Source: the human T2T-CHM13v2.0 reference genome, Homo sapiens
NCBI RefSeq assembly: GCF_009914755.1
Contig: NC_060940.1
Length of the DNA stretch: 64,000 nucleotides
Strand: one strand, 5' to 3'
Within the stretch, counting starts at the first letter, position 1. Each line of letters opens with the position of its first letter. Shown here in pieces: positions 13,642 through 26,682 of the stretch. The position numbers were made by a program, and so were the translations under genes. The notes under the pieces are model-generated. The model ran no database searches and was not told the DNA's origin. It saw only the letters and a program-made list of their open reading frames with translations.

Positions 13642-14016
13642 TTTATTATTATACTTTAAATTCTGGGGTACAGTGCAGAACATGCAGTTTTGTTATGTAG
13701 GTATACACGTGCCATGGTGGTTTGCTGCACCCATCAACCCGTCATCTACATTAGGTATTTCTCCTAATGTTATCCCTCCCCTAACCCTCACCCCCCGACA
13801 GGCCTCGGTGTGTGATGTTCCCCTCCCTGTGTCCATGCATTCTCATTGTTCACCTCCCACCTATGAGTGAGAACATGCTGTGTTTGGTTTTCTGTTCTTG
13901 TGTTAGTTTGCTGAGAATGATGGTTTCCAGCTTCATCCACGTCCCTGCAAAGGACATGAACTCATCCTTTTTTATGGCTGCATAATATTGCATGGTGTGT
14001 ATGTGCCACATTTTCT
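13642..14016 (-). mobile_element. 5'-truncated L1PA (PA7/8-like) 3' end
   Basis: TTATTATTATACTTTAAATTCTGGGGTACA...GCTGCACCCATCAACCCGTCATCTACATTAGG. Confidence 0.93.
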
Positions 14017-14424
14017 CTTGATTTTTTATTGAATAAATACAGACTTAGGATTCAAGTATTTTTCTGGTGGATTGACCACTTTATCTGCAGAAAATGTCCC
14101 TCTTTGTCTCTGATGATGCTCCTTGCTTTATAGCTTTAACTAATATTAGACTAGTTCTTTTGGTTACTGTTTGAATAATCTTTAATTCCATATTTTTATC
14201 TTTCAAATTTTCTGTCCTATAATTCTGTCAGGCATGTCTATTGTAATCAGCATACGGACAGATTTTTTTTTTAACCTAGTCTCCAATAATTGTAGTCATT
14301 AAATTGGAGTAGTCTATTTGCATTTAATGTAATTACTGAAATACTTGCATTTATATCTACCATGCTTTCTTTCTATTTGAGCCATCTCTTTTATATCTTC
14401 CTTCTTTCATATCTTGCCTTTTAA

Positions 14425-14716
<292 letters not shown>

Positions 14717-15240
14717 AGCCTTTTTTTTTAAATCAATAAAAAAATATTATTCCATTATTTCCCTTTATTAACTTTTGCTAGTCTTTTAGTAGTTACCTTA
14801 GCGATTAAAACAGGTACTTGAAATGTTGCCTCTGCTACTCCTGGATAATGCCAGAATCTTAACCGCTATGACTTTTGTGTTTTTGTGGTCTTGCATTATT
14901 AATTCTATGTATACTTTAAACCCCACAATCCATTCCTATCATTACTTTGTACAGCTAATATTCAGTAAATATTCCTTCATATTTGTCCACAGATTTACTT
15001 TCTATTTGCTTCCTATTCCATTCTGCAATTTCATGTTTTCCTCTGGGGTCATTTTCCTTTTGCCCTAAGAACTCTCTTCCATATTTTTTTTTGGTACAGA
15101 TTTTCAGACAACAAAGTCTCTCAGTTTTTACTTGTCTGAACATGTCTTTATTTCACCTTCATTTTTAAGATGATTTTCACTAGGCATGTAATTCTAGGTT
15201 GGCAGATACCATCTTTCAGCACTTTAAAGATATTATTTCA

Positions 15241-15538
<298 letters not shown>

Positions 15539-16671
15539 TTATTCCATTGCCTCTGCACTTCCTTAATTTCTGTTGAGAAGTTGGCTGTCAGTCTTATTGT
15601 TGATTCTTGGAAGACACAGAGTCTCTGACTGCATCTAAGATTTTATCTCTGGTTTTGGAAGTCTTCATATGATGTACCTAGGTGTGCCTTTGTCTTTATC
15701 ATGCTTCTGATTGAAAGGGTTTTGGAAGCTATCTTTTCAAATATTGCTGCCTTTTTCATTCCTTACCTCTTCTCCAGAGATACTGATTACTGGTTGTTAA
15801 CCTTTTAACTATGTCCCATTTGTCTCTAACATATTTTTCTATATTTTTTATTATTTTTTTCCTGTTGCTTCAGTTTGCTTATGTTCTATTAAACTGTTTT
15901 CCAGTTTACCAAGTCTGTCTTCTTCTTTGTCTAATCTGTGTTCTTCCTTTTAGTTTTTTTTTCTTCATAGAATTCTAAAATTCCCTCTGGTGAATTTCTT
16001 CATCTGTTCCTCTATTTTCCTGAGCTATGGTTCTTGAAACAAGGTTATTTGAAAGTTGTTGCTTGCAAAATCTGTTATCTGGATCATCTCTGTAGCTGCT
16101 TCTAAGATCTGTATTTTCTCTTGGTTTTTGGTCGTGTGGTCCTGCCTTTGGTCATGACATGTGATTTTTGATCGAATACTAAACACGGTGAATAAAATGC
16201 ATCGTGGAGGCTCCAGCTGATGCTATTTTCCCACACAGAGGGTTTACCCTTCCTTGTGCTAGGATGAGACAGTAGTAACTCCTCTCCTTAATCCAGCCAG
16301 GTACTCTGCTGAGTCAAGTGGGGCTGCAGCCTGGCAAACTCTATCTCCTTTGAGCTTTCTGATCCTTTAGAGTTTTCTGTGGAAAGCATGATGTGTTCCT
16401 TGGGGCCCCAGTCTTTCATGGGTCCTGAAGTCTAAACATTGCCTTGTGACTCTGCTGAAATTTCAACCTACTTCCCTGGGGCCTTCCATGTATCCCATTT
16501 CCACATGACCCCAGTTTTCATCATGTGACTTGTGGGGAAACCTGGCCAGGTCCTTCAGGCACCCCAAGTCTCCACCAAGAGCTCAGCTCTTTCCTCTGTC
16601 CCCAGAAGTGGCCCTCCGTGGGTACAGCTCAAGATTCTCAGCCTCCTGCCTGTGCCCACAACTGGCAGATG

Positions 16672-16770
16672 CCCCTAGAGAGAAGGCACCTGAGACGTTG
16701 CTCCCCTTCCTGGTTCTCCCCTAGAGAGAAAGCATCTGTAGACGTTTGCTCACCTTCCTGGTTCTCCCCT
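16672..16770. repeat. About 46-bp tandem duplication
   Basis: CCCCTAGAGAGAA.GCA.CTG...CCTTCCTGGTTCT twice. Confidence 0.85.
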
Positions 16771-17237
16771 CTCCAGAGTCCTCCAATACTTGACATGACC
16801 TCAGCAGCCTCATGATGCCTTCCAAAGACAATTTTGTGTCCAGTAGAGTTTTTCTAGCTGTTCTCAGTGAGCCATGGCCCCATGGTGGCCTCATTCCCAC
16901 CCAGAACCTGCTACTGGGGTCCTGAAGCAGAGGGCACTGCAGGCTCCCTCGTGTGAGCGCATCCTTCAGCGAGATTGGAAAATGCCCAGTGTGCAGCCGG
17001 TGTCACGCCCACCCTGCTATAAAACCTGGAGAATTGTTTGTAAATGGAGGAAGTCATGGAGGCCTCAGATCTGCTGAGATGATTTGGGGATGATTTGCCG
17101 GGATTCCCACCGTATGAGAGCAGTGCCAGAGCTTTCTTGCCTGGATGAAGTGTGCTGCAAGCAGATGGCAGCCAGGTTACAGAATGCCACAGTGTGACCC
17201 ATGACAGGAAGGGGGTGAACCGGGTGCTCTCATCCAA

Positions 17238-17452
17238 CACTTACTGAGCCCCTGGAGCAAACTGATTCTCGTGATTTATCTCATTTAATCCTCATGACAC
17301 TGTGAACTAATCACAGTTATGGTCCCATTTCACAGCTGAGGAAGATGAGGGAGAGGTCGCACTGTCCAGGTCATGTCACTTTAAGTAGCAGAGCCCAAAC
17401 AGGAACCTGAGTCTGTGGCTCCAGGGCCTGAGCTCTGAGCCACCGTATAGCA
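17238..17452 (-). mobile_element. MIR SINE
   Basis: ATCTCATTTAATCCTCA...CCCATTTCACAGCTGAGGAA...GGCTCCAGGGCC. Confidence 0.8.
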
Positions 17453-18329
17453 CAGACCTTGGTGCAGCCATGGGGCCCCTACACCCTTGAACATTCCCCC
17501 ACAAGGGGATCCTTCCTGGCCTGGCTCCCAAATTAACTCTGGGCGTTTTTCCAACACATTGTTCAGGTTTGGCTCCCACTTGCCACTTGCTCTCCGGGTC
17601 TCAAAATGCTGCCATCCACCTGCCCTGCACAGGGAGCCTCACTCATCCACTCACTGCCACCAGTAAGCACCACCCTACACCCAGCACTGGTCCCTGAATG
17701 GCCAGAGGGAAGACCACCCAGAACACTGGTGAAGGCATTAATCAGGGACCCAGTTCAAGCCAGGCCCTTCTGCTGCTCCCGCTCGGTGTCACTGTGAGGC
17801 ACTGGGAGTGCCCAGGACACAGTGACCCAGGCCTGGACCTGCTGGCACGTCCTGGATAGAGCAGGACTCACACCAGAGAGATGAGGGCTTCGGGTAAGGA
17901 CAGACCCGGGCTGGCTGGGCCGCAGAATGTCATCTCCTGCTAGCCGTGGCTTCCTCATCACCAGATCTATAAAAACAACTTCCCACGGCCGTGAGGGCTC
18001 GAGTGAGATAGCACAGAGGAAATGCTTCCCCACTTGTAAAACTCTCTCTGTGGGCCACTATCGTGCCTGGCTGCCACACTTCCTCTCCGCTCCAACTAAG
18101 GCCTCGCTGTTCACATGCAGGCAGCTCCCCGAGGAGGTTGTGGGGCCAGGATACAGGGCCTTGTAGACGAGCAAGAATGCATGGTCTCAGGGGGATGGGA
18201 AGCCTTCTGAGCGCTTCCTCCAGACAGTGCCGGAGAAGGGGCCTGGCTGCTCCTTGCCCCGGCTGCGGGCCAGCGTCCAGTCTGCTATGTCTCTAGCATG
18301 TGCCCCTCTGAGATCAGTGAGAGCCCCAG

Positions 18330-18735
18330 TCATGCATCCCCAGGGGTCCTGTAACAGAGGACCACACACCGGGGGGCTTCAAACAACAGAAATGCATCCT
18401 TGCACACTTCCAGAGGCCAGGAGTCCTAAGGCATCGGCAGGGCTGACTCCTTCTGGGGTCTCCGAGGGAGAATTCCACTCCATCCGCTCCCAGCTGCTGC
18501 TGGCCCCGGCTCTTCTCTGCTTATGGACACTTCAGTCCACTCTGCCTCTGCTGTCCCATGGATTTTCTCTTCTAAGAACACTTGTCATTGAATTCACAGC
18601 CCTCCCTACTTCAGAACAATCTCATCGCAACATCCTTAACTGAATCACACCTACAAAGACCCTTTTTCCAGATGAGGCCACTCTCACAGTCTCTGGGCCG
18701 TGGGCTTATTTTTTGGGGCTGCCATTCAACCCCCC
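18330..18735 (-). mobile_element. MLT1C-like MaLR LTR
   Basis: GGCTTCAAACAACAGAAAT...CTACAAAGACCCTTTTTCCA...CATTCAACCC. Confidence 0.8.
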
Positions 18736-18964
18736 TCATCACACTCTCACACTTTCTGAGCTGAGATCCACAGTAAGGAATACACTGTTTCATCTTCGCC
18801 CTAGGCACATACTCTCATCCGCAGCTGAAATGCAGTTTCAGAATGTGAATCCTTATTTCACGTTCTGTGTGGTGATGTTTTCTGTTTTCTCTCTTGCCTC
18901 CTCCTCAGCATTGGCTACACACCCACTAATTGATTCCCAGAGCTCACAGCCTGGATCAAAGTTG

Positions 18965-19678
<714 letters not shown>

Positions 19679-19719
19679 TAAAAGAGGGTTGAAACCAGTT
19701 GCCTAAAACCTGCCACACA

Positions 19720-20300
19720 AGGGTAAAACCCTTAAGCATGATGATGTCCCAGCAGTGGTATTTGTGAGAGGGAAGAACTGGAAACAACCCAGGTGTCCCC
19801 TAATAGGGGAGTGATATGGTTTGGCTGTGTCCCCACCCAAATCTCACCTTGAATTATAGTGTCCATAATTCCCATGGGTTGTGGGAGGGACCCAGTGGGA
19901 GAAAACTGAACCATGGGGGCAGTTTCCTCTATTCTGTTCTCGTGGCAGTGAATAAGTCTCATGCGATCTGCGGGTTTTATAAGGGGAAACCCCTTTCTCT
20001 TGGTTCTCATTCTCTCTTGGCTGCCACCATGTAAGACATGCCTTTTGCCTTCCCTCCCCAGACACATGGAACTGTGAGTCCATTAAACCTCTTTTTCTTT
20101 ATAAATGACCCAGTCTTGGGTATGTCTTAATCAGCAGCATGAAGAAGAACTAATACAGAGAGGCTGAGTAAACACCATGTGGGGTGTTTGCATCACTGAG
20201 TATCACACAGCCTTTTCACTCATGGTTAGAGACGGAGCAGAAAGGTGGACAGACACCCCAGCACAAAGCCGAGTGAAGAACTCTGAGGAAGGATGCGTGC
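19720..20300 (+). mobile_element. L1ME 3' fragment split by THE1
   Basis: AACTGGAAACAACCCAGGTGTCCCCTAATAGGGG continues after the LTR. Confidence 0.6.
19812..20157 (+). mobile_element. THE1 (B-like) solo LTR
   Basis: TGATATGGTTTGGCTGTGTCCCCACCCAAATCTC...CTAATACA; 5-bp TSD GGGAG/GAGAG. Confidence 0.93.
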
Positions 20301-20459
20301 TTGGGAATGATGCCTCGACCCTGGTGCCTGAAGCCGTGCCTGGTGCGTGGGGCGTCCCTGTTTGCTGAAGGAATGTGGGGACAGAGCACAGGAGCAAAGA
20401 CTGGCTGGGACCGTGTGAAAGCAGCTCTCTGCTGCCTCTCATCCAGCCCGCTGTGTCCT

Positions 20460-20655
20460 TCCACAGCACTCATCTCAATTTGTGGTTATTTGACTTTTCT
20501 CCTGTCCCTCTGGGCCGTCCGCCCCCTTCGTTAGAATGTAAACTGTGTGGAGTGCAGGCCTCGCCTGTGTTACTGTGCCCTCATCTCAAGCTCAGCACCG
20601 CGTCCTGCCCTGGGGGCCCCCATGAACATGTGCCGAATGAACGAGCGGAGGAATG
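20460..20655 (+). mobile_element. L2 3' end fragment
   Basis: TTAGAATGTAAACT...GCAGG...CATGAACATGTGCCGAATGAACG. Confidence 0.6.
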
Positions 20656-20804
20656 GGGGTTGGGGCATTTTTATTAGTTTTCCATTCGCCCAATCATTTC
20701 TAATGTGGATCATTTTCTTTCAAATGATAAGAGCGATGTTTACTTTTCTATGTTTGAAAATAAGATAAAATAAAACAAAAGACGCCTGTTGTTTTCTCGG
20801 GCAG

Positions 20805-21048
20805 GGATCTGAAGGGAGCCGAGCTCCTTCTGCAGAAGGGCGCTGAGAAGGGAGCTGGAAGGAAAAGAAGGAAACATTCCTTCCTCAACTGGAGGAAGAC
20901 AACGCGGCCACACACAGAACCAGCGGCCCCAGGACCGTCACCCTGCGTGCCCGGGCCTGTCCCTCCTGACCCCAGGATTATAGTGGCGAGGCAGGGTGTT
21001 AGCCAAGCGGATTGAGCCAGGACACAGCACCGCGGAGCCCTGCAGGCG
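20805..21048 (+). other. Candidate non-coding exon (244 nt)
   Basis: Acceptor CTGTTGTTTTCTCGGGCAG|G, donor GCG|GTGAGT, purine-rich CpG-bearing body; no transcript evidence. Confidence 0.3.
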
Positions 21049-21384
21049 GTGAGTGATTTCTTCCTGGTTTTTAATGTCACTGTTGGCGCGGATGAGGTGT
21101 GAATCTGGGTCTTGCGTCTGTAACGTGCGCCGGAGGAAAGGGCCTTCTTTCTGTTTCATGGTCCCCAGCAAATACTTGGGCAGTACAGGAATGTGGGCGG
21201 GGTTGGGGGCTGGCCTGGGTGTGGCCTGCAGCGTGGCACTTAGTGGTAAACCCGTCAGCTTCTCTGATGAGGAGACTGAGGCGCAGAGAGGCAGAGCAGC
21301 CTGGCAAGCAGCAAGAGGGCGTCTGGGCTGCACCTCAATCCAGGCTCGCAGGGTCGGAGCCCAGCAAGGCCGCGAGCTCTGCCC

Positions 21385-21505
21385 GTGTGTGTCTCTGTGT
21401 GTGTGTCCATGTGTGTCTCTGTGTAAGTACGTACATATGTAAGTGTGCACGTGTGTGTCTGTGTGTAAGCATGTACACGTGTCTCTGTGTGTGCACACAC
21501 ATGTG
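21385..21505. repeat. Degenerate (TG)n simple repeat
   Basis: Interrupted GTGT tract. Confidence 0.85.
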
Positions 21506-22271
21506 CCCTGGGCCCACAGCCTTTTTACTGCTTATCTGTGAAGCGCCCAGTGGGTCCCCAGCGGCTCAGGGTGTTGAGGGGCTCAGGATCTGCTGTGCTC
21601 TGGGGAGTGGAGGTGCCCCAGCCTCACTGCTGGGCTCACGTGGCTCAGCCCCATGGTGGGATGGTGGGGCCCCAACGCTAATCCTAACCCTAACCTCCGC
21701 CTCTGACCATGCAGGATGTGAGCGTGGGCTGCTCCGCTCCCCACTCTACATCCTCCTCACTGGCCCCTCTGCCCCTTCCCCTCAGTGCCTACGGGCGCCT
21801 GGCGCAGGGATCACCCGACCCTCTCAGCAGTTTGGACTCCGCCGAACCTCCGTTCCCCACTGGCTTCCTCAGGCCACCTGCCCTCAGCCAGCCATAAATG
21901 ACTGGCTGTCTTTGAGTTTCCTCAAATATTCTAAAAATCACACTTGTGGCACCCACTGGGAGTTGGGTTCTGATTTCCCGATGTGGCTGAATTCTGGCTG
22001 AATCCCTGCATTGACTCGATTCAGAGTCCCTGAGGTTTAAACTTGAGACACAGTCTCCACTGCTTATCCCAAAATCTTGTATAGTGCGAGGCATTTTGAA
22101 GGAGGCTTTAGATCAAAGCCCCCCTTTCTAATCGCCAGAAGGGAATTCGGTGGGCAGGGATTGGGGAGACCCTTCAAAGGGAAGGTGAGGGGCAGGGAGG
22201 GTGGAGGGCTTTGCCTTTTTCGGGGAGAAGATGAATGCAAAGGGGGTGAAGGAGGAGCCGCCCATGCCCTC

Positions 22272-22604
22272 TGCTGCAGCCTGTGTCTGTGGCCCCCAAA
22301 TGTGTGTGTTGAAACCCCACCCCCAAGGCCATGGTGTTGGGAGCTGGAGGACATGAGGATGTGGCCTCGTGGATGGGATTGGTGTCCTTACAAAGAGGCC
22401 CTGGAGAGATCCCTGCCCTTCCCATCACATGAGGACACACAGGAAACACTGCCTATGAACCAGGAAGGGGCCTCCCCAGACACGGACCTGCCAGCATCTT
22501 CATCCTGGGCTTCTAGCTCCAGAGCTGCCAGCAGGAAATGTCAGCTGTTTGCAAATTGCTTAGTCTCGGGTGTTTTGTTATAGCAGCATGTATGTACTAA
22601 GACA
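22272..22604 (+). mobile_element. MLT1A-like MaLR LTR
   Basis: CCCCCAAATGTGTGTGTTGAAACC...TTTTGTTATAGCAGC...ACTAAGACA; TSD CCCTC/GCCTC. Confidence 0.88.
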
Positions 22605-22894
22605 GCCTCCCTGACAAGTCCTGAGGTCTCTGGCAGCTGGACCTTCCTGGCTGTCTCGGGACACCCTGGCTCCCTGCACATGGCAGAAGGGCTTTCTCTG
22701 CAGCCCCAGGATGGTGGCCCCCCACCTCCCCAGGCTGCAGAGTGCCTGTCACAGTGGCCCCGCTGGTGTCTGGGGACCTTGGTCCATGGTCACTCATGAA
22801 ACCGAGCCAGAGATTTTTTGCAGGCATCTGTGCTGGGGATGGAGGGTGCTAAACGTCTTCCACCTTGTTAAAGTCCTGAATCTTTTTGGACAGT

Positions 22895-23307
22895 TGTTTT
22901 GGGTTAAATTGTGTCCCCCCAAAAGGCATGTTAAGGCTTCACCCCCAGCACGCAGGATGTGAGCTTGTGAAAATGGGCCTCTGCAGATGTGAGGAGGGTG
23001 AGGTGAGGTCGTTAGGGTGGGTCCTTAGGAGGCTGGGAGAAGAGAGGCGTAGGGGAGAGGCCACGTGCAGCGGGAGGCAGAGGCTGGCATTGTGCAGCTG
23101 CCCACTGAGGACCCCCAGGATCGTCAGGGCCTCCTACAGCTGGGGTGGGAAGGGAGCAGACCCTTCCCAGCGCCTCCAGAAGGAGCTGGCCGTGCCCTCA
23201 CCTTGATGTTGGGCTGTGACCTCCGGAGCTGGGAGAGAGGAGTTCCTGAAGCTTTGCAGCACCCTAGTCTGTGGCCCTTCCTTATGGCTGCTCAAGAGAC
23301 CAGTGCG
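22895..23307 (+). mobile_element. MLT1B/C-like MaLR LTR
   Basis: TGTTTTGGGTTAAATTGTGTCCCCCAAAA start; GAGGCAGAGGCTGG; CTAGTCTGTGG. Confidence 0.8.
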
Positions 23308-23645
23308 GCCCTCCTTCTGGAAAGCAAGTGTCACCCTCCAGACACCGATGGTGCTGGGTGATGCTCCAGATGCTCGCCCAGACCTCGAATGTCCCCTGGC
23401 AGACAAGGCTCAGGAGGGCCAGAAACAGGCCCTGCCCGCCCCCCAACCCCCACCTCCAGCTCCATTTCCTCCTCCCTTCCTGCCTTTAGTGGTTTCACCG
23501 TCTTATTTGCAACATGCGTACTTCACCTCTGAGTTAAGAAGTGTGGGTTCCAAAGCAAAGGGCGTGTGGGAAATCACGCACCACAGTCTGCACGTTTAAA
23601 TTCTAGCCCCCTGTGTTCCACCCGGGAAGGATTCCCAAGATATGC

Positions 23646-23759
23646 CCTGCACGTTTCCACCCGTGCCTCCTCCACGCCAGGGCCTGCGCGTTTCCACCCG
23701 TGCCTCCTCCACGCCGGGGCCTGCGCGTTTCCACCCGTGCCTCCTCCACGCCGGGGCCT
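23646..23759. repeat. 37-bp CpG-rich tandem repeat, 3 copies
   Basis: CCTGCGCGTTTCCACCCGTGCCTCCTCCACGCCGGGG x3. Confidence 0.95.
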
Positions 23760-24079
23760 CCATACTTTGCAGCCACTGCAGGGATCCCTGCGGCCAGAGC
23801 TTGCTGCCTCTGTGTCTGAAAGCCCCTTGCCCGTCGTGGGGATACATAAGGGCGGGCACCTGACTAGTCTTGTTCCCACTGTCTCCCCAGGGCCGGGAAC
23901 AATTCTAACACAGGAAGAGAGAGGAAGCGGGGAAGGGGGAGGAAGGAGGATGGAAGGAGGCCGGGAGGACCCGTCAACCGCCACTCAGCCGTGCCTGGCC
24001 TCAGGCTGCCCCCACCCCTTCTCTCTGTCTCCTGGCTCCTAGCCTGGGAGGCCGACACCGGCCTCCAGTCCCTCCCTCA

Positions 24080-24260
24080 GCTTCTCCCTGTCTCCCCGTC
24101 TCCCTGTCTCCCTGTCTCCCCATCTCCCCATCTCCCCATCTCCCCGTCTCCCCTTCTCCCTGTCTCCCGGCCCCCGGCCTGGCCCCCGCCCCTTCTCCCT
24201 CCCTCAAGTCTCCCCACTGCCCCGTCTCCCTGTGTCCCCATCTCCCCTTCTCCCTCCCAA
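24080..24260. repeat. CT-rich low-complexity tract (TCTCCCCR-type units)
   Basis: Repeated TCTCCC(C/T)(G/A). Confidence 0.85.
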
Positions 24261-24329
24261 GGGTGCCTGCCTTGATGTGTATTTTCCATATTTTCGTCTC
24301 TGTGGTGACGTCCCCAACAATGATGGAGA

Positions 24330-24760
24330 TGTTGTTTCCCGTCACCGCTGTAACAAATGCCACACACCGGAGGCTTAAAACAACAGAAACGTATCCCCCA
24401 CAGCCCTGAAAGCAGAGGGCTGGCATCAAGGAGCCTGCCCGGGGGTGCCAGCCATCCTCGGCGTTCCCCGGTACGCCGGTGCACCCCGCCAGGCTCTGCC
24501 TCCGTCCTTAGGGGACCTTGGCTCACAGGTGCACCCCGCCAGGCTCCGCCTCCATCGTTACAGGGCGTTCTTCCTTCCATGTCTTCATGTGGCTCCTCCT
24601 TTTCTTATGGGGACACCCACCGTTGCATTTAGGGCCCCTGATCCAGTATGACCTCGTCTAAGCTGAACTGATCACGCCTGCAAAGACCCTCTTTCCAAAT
24701 AAACCCACCTTCTGAGGTCGCAGGAAGACGTGGCTTTGGAGGACACTGTTTGGCTCACTG
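24330..24760 (-). mobile_element. MLT1C-like MaLR LTR
   Basis: GCTGTAACAAATGCCAC...GGCTTAAAACAACAGAAA...CTGCAAAGACCCTCTTTCCAAATAA. Confidence 0.82.
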
Positions 24761-25589
24761 GGAGGGTGTGGGCTGTGGAGCAGGGGGACCCTGCCTCGCT
24801 CCTTGGTGCTGCCTGCCAGCTTCACAGGCTCCGAGCAACGGGATGAGGGCCCCACTGCGCAGGTCGCCCTGTGGGTCCCGTGAGACAGCACACACGGCGC
24901 CTGGCATGGGCGCTGGGTCTGGGCCCTGGGGTGTGTGTTCTGGGGCCTTGCCTTACAATGGCACCTGCCCCGCAGGACTACTGCGGGATTCCTGAGATAA
25001 GCCCGATAGCAGCCCTGTCAGAGCAGAGGAGAGGGCACGGCAATGGTGGTTTACTCTCTACTCTCAGACAAGCTGATTAAAGCAGAGACGCACCCCTGGG
25101 GAGGAGAATATTTTCTGTAACTGATTTTGAAAGCTCATCCTGAGTGTCCAAACCTGGCAACTTCTGTTTTTTTGCAAAATATTCTCATTATGAGAAATTT
25201 GGAAAACACATAAAAGTAGATAAAGGACCAAAAAGACACCAAAGCCAGCTCTTACTCATCTTCTGGAGAGTTTCCTTCCGGCCTTGCTTTGCTCCCCCTG
25301 TGAATTGTTTCAATAGTTGGGATTGACCTGGAAAACAATTTTCATACAACTCCTGGGAGGCTTGCCTGTGTCAGATGTCATAAATGGGTTTTATTTTTAA
25401 TGCAAGACACACCAGTTTGGCCATGGGCTCCCAGTGTCTGGGTGGACGGGGTCTGGTGAGGCAATTCGGGGGCTCAGCAGCAGCATCAGGCAGAAGCCAG
25501 GCAGGGAGGGAGGCACAGCAGCCGGGCGCCCATGTCTGCCGTCCTCACCGTCCTTGTCAAGGTAAGAGCTGAGCCATCTGCAGTCCACA

Positions 25590-25750
25590 GTCAACAAACA
25601 GCATTTAACCCATCACCTCCCTGGGACTGCAGACTTTTCCAAAACTTCAAACATGAGAATTTATTTTGCACTTCACTAAAAATGAATCAACTTAAAGGAG
25701 AATAAAAAAGTCAAACCAAGATAAAGAGATAAAATCGATGTAAATATTTT
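25590..25750. promoter_or_regulatory. Candidate enhancer: GATA-GATA-ONECUT-FOX cluster
   Basis: AGATAA 25719 and 25727, AAATCGAT 25732, GTAAATA 25740, ACAAACA 25594. Confidence 0.45.
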
Positions 25751-26074
25751 CACCAATTTTCCAATATTTTTCTCGAGAAAAAAAACAACTGGAGAGACTC
25801 TAGTGAAGGTCTCGACAAGACATGGCGTTTGTGCTGGCTCCAGCCTCCTCCGCGAGCAGCCTGTCAGGCGGCAGGAACCTGCCACTCCTGGGAGCAAAAA
25901 GCTGCTCTCGGGAACCCTCCTGCTTCTCGGGCACACCAGCCCTGGGAGGACTTAGCGATGATCTGGAGGAAAAAGAGGCTGCACGAGGTTGGAGGCAGCT
26001 TGTTTTCCGTTCCCGCCAAGACCCTCTGTGGTCATTCCGTGCGGTTCTTGTGCTAGTCCTGTCTGAATGATGAG

Positions 26075-26310
26075 TGTGTGTGCGTGTGTGCTGTCACAAG
26101 TGTGGATGTCATGCGTGTGTGCTGATGTCACATGTGTGGATGGCACACGTGTGCTGATGTCACGCGTGTGGATGTCACACGTGTGTGCTGATGTCATGTG
26201 CGTGGATGTCACGTGTGTGCTGGTGTCACGCATGTGGGTGTCACGCGTGTGGATGTCACGCGTGTGTGCTGATGTCACGCGTGTGGATGTCACACGTGTG
26301 GATGTCATGC
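26075..26310. repeat. 15-19-bp variable-unit repeat (GATGTCACRCGTGTG +/- TGCT), about 14 units
   Basis: Visible directly in the sequence. Confidence 0.92.
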
Positions 26311-26548
26311 AGGACCGCAGCTCCCTCCTCACCAACAAACTGCTTCCCACAACAATGGTGCCTCTGTGCACACCTCCTCCTCCACTCTGCCCCGCTGTGG
26401 TCCAGGAGCCCAGGGAGGGTGAACAGCAGGGACACCCCAGCAGGTGCAGCAGGGCCGGTGGCTCTCCCGGGGGCACGCTCTGTTCTGGAGGACTCTGTGC
26501 CACTCTGGTTGGGTCTGGGATCCAGGGCAGCAGCCTACTTTCTCAGGG

Positions 26549-26682
26549 CCCTTTCTCTCCGGTCCTCATCCACTCTCCATCGGGAAGGCTTAGACTGTTT
26601 CCAAAGTCCGGTGTCCCTTTCCCTCCGGTCCTCATCCGCTCTCCATCAGGAAGGCTCAGACTGTTTCCAAGGTCCAGGTGTC
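26549..26682. repeat. 66-bp tandem duplication
   Basis: CCCTTTC.CTCCGGTCCTCATCC.CTCTCCATC.GGAAGGCT.AGACTGTTTCCAA twice. Confidence 0.92.

Noticed and set aside
21671-21697. Telomere-like CCCAACGCTAATCCTAACCCTAACC
   Set aside because: Only about two good hexamers; consistent with chance.
21099-22001. 300-aa ORF
   Set aside because: Runs through a MIR-like piece and a TG repeat; no recognisable domain.
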